Source of the DNA: a virus | Virus record (IMG/VR): IMGVR_UViG_3300008262_000126 | Span: 8,321-72,320 of that record | Length of the DNA: 64,000 nucleotides | Strand: one strand, 5' to 3' | Part shown: piece after piece, positions 19,401 to 28,400 of the stretch | How positions within the stretch are numbered: position 1 is the stretch's first letter | How the letters are laid out: every line of letters begins with the position of its first letter | Translations under genes and position numbers: made by a program | The notes under the pieces: model-generated | What the model was told of the DNA's origin: nothing | What the model saw: only the letters and a program-made list of their open reading frames with translations | Databases searched by the model: none

Positions 19401-22400
19401 AAGAAAAGCAGACCTAGATTTACAAATAGCCGAAGCCGCAAGAGAAGCAGCACAATCACAACAGGTTATAGAGTTAATGCAAAGACAGGCCCAGGGTTTA
19501 GACACGGAAGATAGCGACATTCGTTTTGTTGTTGACAATACAGGCATTCCGGTAAGTTACGAAGATAAGCAGGTAATTGACCGAACTTCTTTGCGTCCGC
19601 TAGTGCGGACAAAAATGACTGTTGATGACACTGGTGAATCAGGATTTGTTTCTAATTTGAATGTTAGAGATATCGTAGATCAAGCAGAAGCAGTCAAGCC
19701 AACCGCCGAGTTAATGGACGAAATCGGTAAAATGTCCGATGCCGATCTCGCTGCTGTCAAAATGCCTTCAAAGGTTCTTACAGACGAAGAGAAAGAAAAA
19801 TATCAATACTTAAGACAAGCGTCGAAACAGGCAAAAGAAGAAGCACGTAAAATCTATGAAGCTGACACTCCCCTTGGTGAAGCAATTCGAAAATATTACA
19901 GAATTACCAACGTAGAAGAGCGGGACAGAATGACGCTGGGAGACATAGGAAGCCCGGCAATTCCCGGATTAAAGGAAGCCGTAGCTGAGTACGAATTACA
20001 GCGGGGTATATCACTTGGATCAGACGAGCAAACGGGTAAGCTTGGAAAGGCGAGTGAAGCCACGCCACTACAACTCGCCGCTCGTTTATTCAGATCGTCT
20101 CGTGCAGCAGTCAGAGCGTATGAAACAGAATTTGGAGTAGAGCCTGCGTTTAGTGCGCGCGAGGTAATGGACGAGCTCTTAGCATCTTCCGCAAGAGCCG
20201 AAGTAGATAGCGCTCCAGCTGGATCTGCAGAAACAGCGGTAGCATTGGACAAAACTATTTCAAGCTTTGAAGGGGGAATACCTGAAATTAAAGGCTCTAC
20301 TGATAGAGCACCGAGAAGACCTAGAAGAGCCCCGGCTGATGTAGTTGCAGACGTTGAACAACCTTACACTGAGAATCAGTTAAAGTATGCTCGAGCACAG
20401 GTAAGGGCTTTAGCTGGCAGAACCGACCTCACAGCCGAACAAAAAAGACAATTAAGCGAAGCAAGAAAAAAATTACACAATTATGCAATGAAGCGGTTGA
20501 CGACTAATTTCGGGGACAACAAAGGCGTGATGCAAATTGCAAACGTAGTTGCCGGTTTAACTCCTCCTGATTGGGCAAAAGATGACGTGCAGAGTGCCCG
20601 TGTTTCGGCAATATCACAAGCAATGGCTGACTTAAAACCAGGACAGTTGGCGAAGTTGAAAGACGTCGATCTTAGAGACCCAGTGCAGATGGATATACTT
20701 TCAAAAGATCCGGCGCTGCAGCCAATAATGGCGTTGCTGGCTGATCAGGATATCGATGCCGCGCTTAAGTATAGATCAGGCACGACGGAATACGATGAGG
20801 CAAAAGGACTGCTATCTGCAATTGAAGGGGCAAAGAAACGCTTACCTGTTCCTGAGCCAACGGCTGGCGTACCGACTGACGCAAGGCGATTGTTTTTTGA
20901 CTTAGAAACAAACTTTGCAAAAAAACCTGAAGACCGGTTAATCTTTCAAGCAGCTACAGGCGTTAACGACGGAAAAGTCAGCGACATGTACGCAGTTCCC
21001 TTAGACTCGAGCGCTGAGGAGATAAACAGAATAGCGGTGGACCCCACAATTCCCGATGACGAGAAGAGAAAATTAATTAGAGAACTCGCTCTTAAACGAG
21101 CTGGAAAACCTCCTTTAGTTGAAGGCAGAGCCAGCGGTAACGACGTTAGTTCGGGAGTTATCGATAATCTAGTTAATGCTGCAATGTCGGGACGTCAAAT
21201 ACTTACTCAAGGCCAAATACGCGGAGATTTACAGAGTCAAATTCTAGCTGCCACTACAGTAGCAGGGCATAACATTGAAACCTTTGACTTGCCCACAGTA
21301 TACGGCGGCGAAATGGCTGTTCCGGATGCAGTAAAAGCAAAAACAGAAGACACATTGCTGATGAGTCGTAACATGTATCCAGGATCTCACACACTGAGTG
21401 ATACATATGAGGTGGTTACCGGAGATCCGCTAGTCAACGCTCACGATGCACGCGCAGACACGGAAGCAGTGCAAAGAATATTTCCTCAGGTTTCTGATCC
21501 AGAGGAACGTGCCAAAATAACAGAAGCATATTTAGCAAAACATGGAATTACAATGGATTCCGCTGTTGGTCAGCTTGTTGCTACACCTAAGATAGCAGAC
21601 ATTGCAGATACGGAAGAACGAAAGAAAGCATCTAGACAAGTGGCTGAGGCGCACGCTTTCTATCAACCTTTAGCGGACATGCAGGACTTTACACGCCGTA
21701 TCGCAAAAAGCGGCGGTAAAACAATACTGAGGGACGCTGATAAAACAGTGGCTGCTGAACAAGGCTGGTACGATATGAGTCCAGCTGCGAAAGCTAGTTT
21801 ATTCGAACGAATGAACAAAATGTTTGTAGGACATACTAAGCTCAAAGGGAAAAAAATAGAAGAACTTGACGACGCAGAGTTAGGCGAGTTTGTTAAGGAA
21901 ATAAATGCTACCTACTTAGAACCCAATGCAGATGCGGCAGTAGGTGGGGATTTCGGCGGAATGAAAAGACTGCTGGAGGAAAAAGTAGGCGGGAAAATGG
22001 CGTTCTCTGATTTTCGAACACCAGCTGAACGCCTTGCAGCCATTAAAGGTAGAACAATTGAAGATGTAATGAGCACAGCAGGTTCTTCGGGTGTTAAAGT
22101 TGGTCCTGCCATAAGTAAAGAAACAGTGGGCGATGCAATTGAAGATATATCATTAGCAACTGAAAGACCGACAAAAGTGAAAACTCCCGGATCTGCACCA
22201 TCGGTAACTGCAAGTACTTCGGACGGCGGCTCAAAAGAACCCCCAAGAGAACCACCAGTTACTTTCTCAGACGACGCGGACTCTGGCGAGCGTGGTGGTC
22301 CTGGCGGCGGTATTACTACAATAGCTTCGGCTACTATCGACACGTTGCATGCCGGTGCGGTAGAGATAAACATTCATGGTGGTAACGTTACTATAGATGC

Positions 22401-25400
22401 CAACTTCAGTGCAGGCGCTGCAGAGAAAATGCAAAAATCGTTAGTGTACATATCAAATAAAGATGGTATGAACGTAAACGGCGATGTCACTAGTGTAGGT
22501 ACGGGCGGTGGTGGCGGTGGCTATCGACGGGTGTCAGTTGCTGACAGATCTATATTAAATCAACTTGACGCAGCAAAAAACCAGATAGCTGGGCAACTTC
22601 AAACAGAAACTGACCCAGCAACACGAGAACGGTTGCGCGGTAACCTCAATGAGGTCAGCAGGCAAGCAATTCGCGCCATTATTGAGCCTAAGGTAAAAGC
22701 AATTGATAGCGAAGGTATGGAACCTTACGTCAACGAACGTTTTTACTACGGGGATGAAACAACAGATTCTAAAGAATCGTTGACATATTACAATGACGCG
22801 GTGGCACAGGCACATCAAGACCTCACTACACAACTTGAAGCTCAACAGGCAATTCCAGAAGGAACTGACGGAAGAGATGAAGAAATTCAGCGAATACAAA
22901 AGCAAATATCGTTAGTTGAGGAACTTATCAATGCGCTTACAGAACTTAATCAAGCAGAGCAGCGTGTAGGTAGTGCAACTTCAACTAGAGCAATTGTTGA
23001 TCCTACTGAAGTAAAAAAACCAGCATATCCTACGAATAATAGCGGTTATCGAAAGTTGTCTCCAGAAGATCGTGCTTCATTAGCCGTACTCGACGCTACA
23101 AAAAATTCAATAAGCGAGCAGCTGAGAACTGAGCAAGATCCAGAAGCCAGGGCAAGATTAAAAGAAACACTAACCGGTGCGAGCAAAAAAGCAATTGCAG
23201 ATATTATTAAACCGAAAGCAACAAAGCTACTTGGCTATGGTTTTGTAAATACTGTCGACGCCTTATCAACATCTCCAGAAGACTCATTAGTTAACTATAG
23301 TCAGGCGGCGCAGAGCAAACTTAGCGAATTAAACGGTAGATTGTTTATGATCGAGAGCGAGCGAGAAGATGCTCCGGGTCGTGAAGAAGCAATCGAGAGA
23401 ACTAAAAGAGAAATACAGCAAGTCCACGAGCTTATAGACGCTTTGACCGAGCTTAATCAGGCTGAGCAACGAGTTGGTGCAGCTGGTGCAACACGTAATG
23501 CTGAAAGTCCTTACGGACCAAAACCAACTGCAGATCCGCGTGCAGGAGCTAACAAATATAGAAAAGTTTCGTTTGCGGACCAGGCTTCTTTTAATGTTCT
23601 GGAATCTACAAAAAATGAGGTATCCGCAAGACTGAGAGATGAGACCGATTCAGCAGCACGTGACGCGCTGCGTCAGAGTCTTGTAAATGCAAGCGAGCGG
23701 GCTATTAACGAAGTTATTAAACCTAAAGCGGCGAAGGTATTAAATCCGACGCAGCTTGCGGCGCTTTCGGCTTTGCCAATGGGTCCTGAAGAAGCACTAG
23801 TCTCTTACAATGAAATGGCCCAGTATAATCTCAATAATCTCTCAACCGAATTGGCTACACAAGAGGCACTGCCTGAAGGTACAAGCGGAAGAGATACAGA
23901 GATTGAAAGATTAAAAGCAGAAATAGCCGCGGTTGAGGAGCTCATTAATGCACTGACCGAATTAAACGCTATAGAACAACGCGTTGGATCGGCAAGTGGT
24001 ACACGCAATGTAAACAGTCCGTACGGTACTACATCCGGAACTGGTACGGGAACATCAGCAAGTAAATACTACTCAAGAAAAGCGAAAGAAGACGAGCAGG
24101 TATTTCTACAGTTAGCGCGAAACTCATTCGATCAATCAGCGGGGTCTATGGGTATTGCGGGCGGAACAACGGCCGATTCTCGTAAATTTTTAACAGACCT
24201 TACGCGCAGTACTGCAACGACAATGATTAACAGTTCGGGAATACAAGCTCCGGGAATGGCCGCCGATATTGCAGCGATTGCAGCAACAAGTCCCGAAGTA
24301 CAGTCAGCTTATGATGATGCAGCTAAAAGTTTAACAGATTTTAGTGGAAAAGTTGGCGGTACAATTACAGACGTCGCTGACGACTTATTTACTGTAGTTT
24401 CTGGATTAGAGAAGCTGAAAGCGGCGCTTACTCCTATAGCAGCTACCTCTCCTCAAGCAGCAGCAGCTTTGGCGGTTGTTCAAACTGCTATTGACGAAAC
24501 AAGTGCGGCTGGAAAAGAACAGCGGGGAACTGCAGGTGTAATTGAAACGGACAATCGAAAGAAAGTTTCGCTTGTCGAAGAACAAATGCAAGCAGCAGCA
24601 AGTAGACCTGGATTTTTTGCCGGCGGCAGACGTGAAAGAGAAATGAGGCAGATACAAGAGGGATACATAAGAGACACCTTCGGTAAGGAAGGACTAGACG
24701 CCCTTATGCACCGAGGTAGAATAAGAGCATACACAGCAACAGGAAAACGTGTCGACATGGCGCAAGCAACTGTACAAGAGCAGCGAGACACAGTTGAACG
24801 ATTACAAAAACAAGGTATTAATATTACTGCTGAAGATATGACAGGTATAGCACGAATGTCCGGCAGAGTCGAACAGACAAAAAGATCTGCACCGATGGGC
24901 GATAAGTTATTCTATGCTGCGTCAAAAATTAGAGACACGCAGAGTGTAGTTCAAGCGGCAGTTGATACTGTTACTAGTCTAGCAAACATACCGCAAATGG
25001 CCGGAGGAATGATTCAGCAGTTTGCGAGTAGTGCTACAGGATCTAACAGGGTAATGACAACCGCAAGAGGGTTAGCACTTGATCCAGAGAATTATACAGC
25101 CGCATTAAATGCGGCTGATATGCAGAGAAAGCAATTCGGCGGCTCATTAACTTCAAATCTAGGTCAAGTTACTAGCTTTATTCCCTTGTCAAACGCGTAC
25201 GGTGTAGATATTGGAAAGTCTGTAAAAGTAGCTAGAAAATTAGCCGCGTTTGACCCAGCTCAGGGTATGGAAGGTGCTGGCATAGCAATCAAAGAATTTC
25301 TATCTGGTAACGTTTCGTCTCTCTCACGTCGATTTGAAATTAATCGATCCGCGCTTTCTAAAATTAATACCGGCGATGCAACACAAATGCTTGATAGTCT

Positions 25401-28400
25401 TGATCAGCTTCTTTCAAGTATGGGCGTTACTGATAGACTTATTGATGAGCAAGCAAACTCTATGGCGACTAAATACGACAAGATGATCGGTAATCTGGAA
25501 AGTGTGCAAATTAGCTCAACTACGGCGATAGTCGACTTTATCACTCCGGCGCTTGAATCTTTAATTGGAGAGCAGTCGTACTTTGGTAAGAATGTAAAAG
25601 AGCGTTCACTTAATACCGTGCTTAAAGAGACCATTACATCTTACGGCGATGACATATTAAGCGATCCGGAAGCTGGATTAGACAGCGTTAATATTGGCGG
25701 CAGTTTAAGCACGTTTACTTCGCAAATGGACACAATTTTAGAAGCGGCAAATAAACGAATGGCCGGAGAGGCGGGAAGGTATAATAGTGCTACTGGCGCT
25801 TCTGTATCAGTTCCTGGTTATCGTCTACTCGGTAACATGAAGCCTCAAGAACGAGCAAATATTCAATTTGATGCGCTGCTTGGGCAGGCACAAGGATTAA
25901 ATGCAACTCAAGCAATTATGCAAGCCATGCGAAATAATCCCGGAGATTACAACTCAAGTCCTGAATTTTTAAATCAACGCGAATCTTTAAAAACTAGACA
26001 AGTGAAAGTTGATCCGGTTGCTTACGCAGAAGCTTACAAAAAAGCCGAAGCTGGTTTGCTTGTAGCGGATCAAGGCGCAACAGATCTCAGCGGTCTGGGC
26101 TTGGGGTATATAAACTTTAATGCCGAGCCCGTAAAAGAAAAACCTCTTATGACTAAGGGAAGAGTAAGAAGACAAGTTGACGCTGATACGTTCGATATAG
26201 AAATACCGGGACGCAAAGACTTGGTCAGGGTTAGAACGGGTGTTATAGACGCACAGGAAAAAGGAACGCAAGATGAGCTTGCAGCCCGTGTTGGCGGTGC
26301 CGATATAATAGGAATGGACCGAGCCATGATTGGTGGGGAGTATAAACCCGGACAGGGACCGGAAATTACATTAGTAGGAACTTTAAAAAACATTGACGAG
26401 AACAATAGAGTAGTTGCTCAACTGTTAAATAGCGAGGGTAAGAATTACTCGCTTGAAATGATAGCAACCGGAAATGCATCTTCAGCTTTTATGCAAGGAC
26501 TTGATAAACAGACTATAGATAGTCTTGCATACATAGAGAAGGTAGTTGCCGATAATGGAGTAGGTCCGCAAAACAGAATAGCTAGAGATTTAAACCTTGG
26601 AGGAGCTCCCGAAATTTCAGAAGAAGTGCGTAGTTCCTATTTCTGGAATAAATATGGATTAGGTATAGGTGGATCCGCAATAGCAGGGGGAGCAGCCGGT
26701 TTAGGCGGAGCAGCGCTTGCTACCAACGCCACACTTGGTACAGCTGGATTGGCAGGCCTTGGTGGATTAGTAGCTGCTGAAATAGCCGCTGCAATAGCCC
26801 TCCCTGCCGTGGCGGCCGTGGGTTTATATGCAGGCGGGGCTTATGTGTCAGATCGGCTAGATAGTTCTCCCGAAAAAATGAGAGAATTGTATAAAATGCA
26901 AAGTGATCTAGATCGACAAGATGCAAAAATGAACATATTTAATACATTTGCAGATCAGGCAAACTTAAATGCTGAGCAAGTTGGTAAATATGTGGGTGGT
27001 GCTAAGTATCGATCTGACATGCCAAGTAAGGAAATTGTACTTACTCCGGGATTTGGACCGGGAGCTCCAATTATTCCAGGTACTGCACCAACAAAAACAG
27101 CTTTTGAAATTATGCAAGATAGCAAGGCTTCGCTAGGACAGGTTTATTTAGCAAACTACGAAGAAGCTTCCAAAAGTGGACAAGAGCGGTTTGCAACAGC
27201 CGGCGACGCAACTAAGAGAATATTAGAACGTCAGGTGTACGATCCGGTATCAGAAACCATGATGTCTTATGTTGATTACGAGGCTCAAACAATAGCGCTT
27301 AAGAAAACAGCCGATGTTGATCCGACGGCATACAGAAAATTTGATGCGATGCGCGGAGAGATTTTAAAACCTATAGGGCAAACTGGAGCACTTATTGAAA
27401 ATGAGAAATTAGTTGAGCGGGGCATTAAATATGGAACCAGGTTAGACAAACGAGCATTAGCTGAAGCCGAGGCTTCTCCATTTCGAGCAGACGTTGCAGA
27501 TTTAACTAAAAAAAGAGACGACGCGTTTAATGCAGGAGCCGTAGCTGAAGGTCAAAGATATAAAACTCAAATTGATAAAGCTAATGCTGAAATAGAAAAA
27601 ATTACGTATACAGATGCTGAATGGGATAAAATACCAGAAGCTGCGCGTTACTTAATAATGTCGGCTGAAGAAGTCGCAAATATGACTGCAGAAGAAATAA
27701 GATTTGCAGCTGATCAAACCTACCAACAAGGGCTTAATCCAGTTGACTATAAGCAAGAAGCAAAAAACTTTTTTGACGGTACAATGGACCGTAATTTTCA
27801 AAGACGGCAACAGCGTGTAGACACAACTTTAACTGCTTTTGCAAGACAGTCAATTATGGGATTAGGCGATGCGTCGGCGTTGCCTAATGACATAGCTAGA
27901 CAAGTTGTTAACTCTGGTGGAGCGGGGGTAATTGACAACACCCCAGAAGCGAGAGCTGTGCGTATGGTAGGGCGTTCAGGCTTAATGCCAAAAAATAGAG
28001 ATTCTGCGCTAGACACTGTAGCAATGCTTACCGAAGCACAAAGAGCAGCAGTAAGAGAGCAATTAGATATTGCAAGAACAAATCGTCAAGTAGCTTTAGC
28101 TAATGCACCAGAAGCTCAATTATATAAATCAGGATTTACAAATTTTGTTATGGCAATGAATAAAGCAGGAGCAACTGCAGAGGATCTTGGTCGATCTTTT
28201 ATGAACACCATGAACATGATGTCCGAAGGCAATCCTAGATACGGCTTAGACTTAGCACAGCAAATGACTGGTTTTAGCTACGAGGCTATGATCGGTATGC
28301 AACTTCGTCCGCGCACTGGTGTAGATGCCGAGGGTAATCCTATATCAAGTCTTAACGGCGCGAACGGTATGCCTTACGGGTATAATGCAAAACCCGGCGA

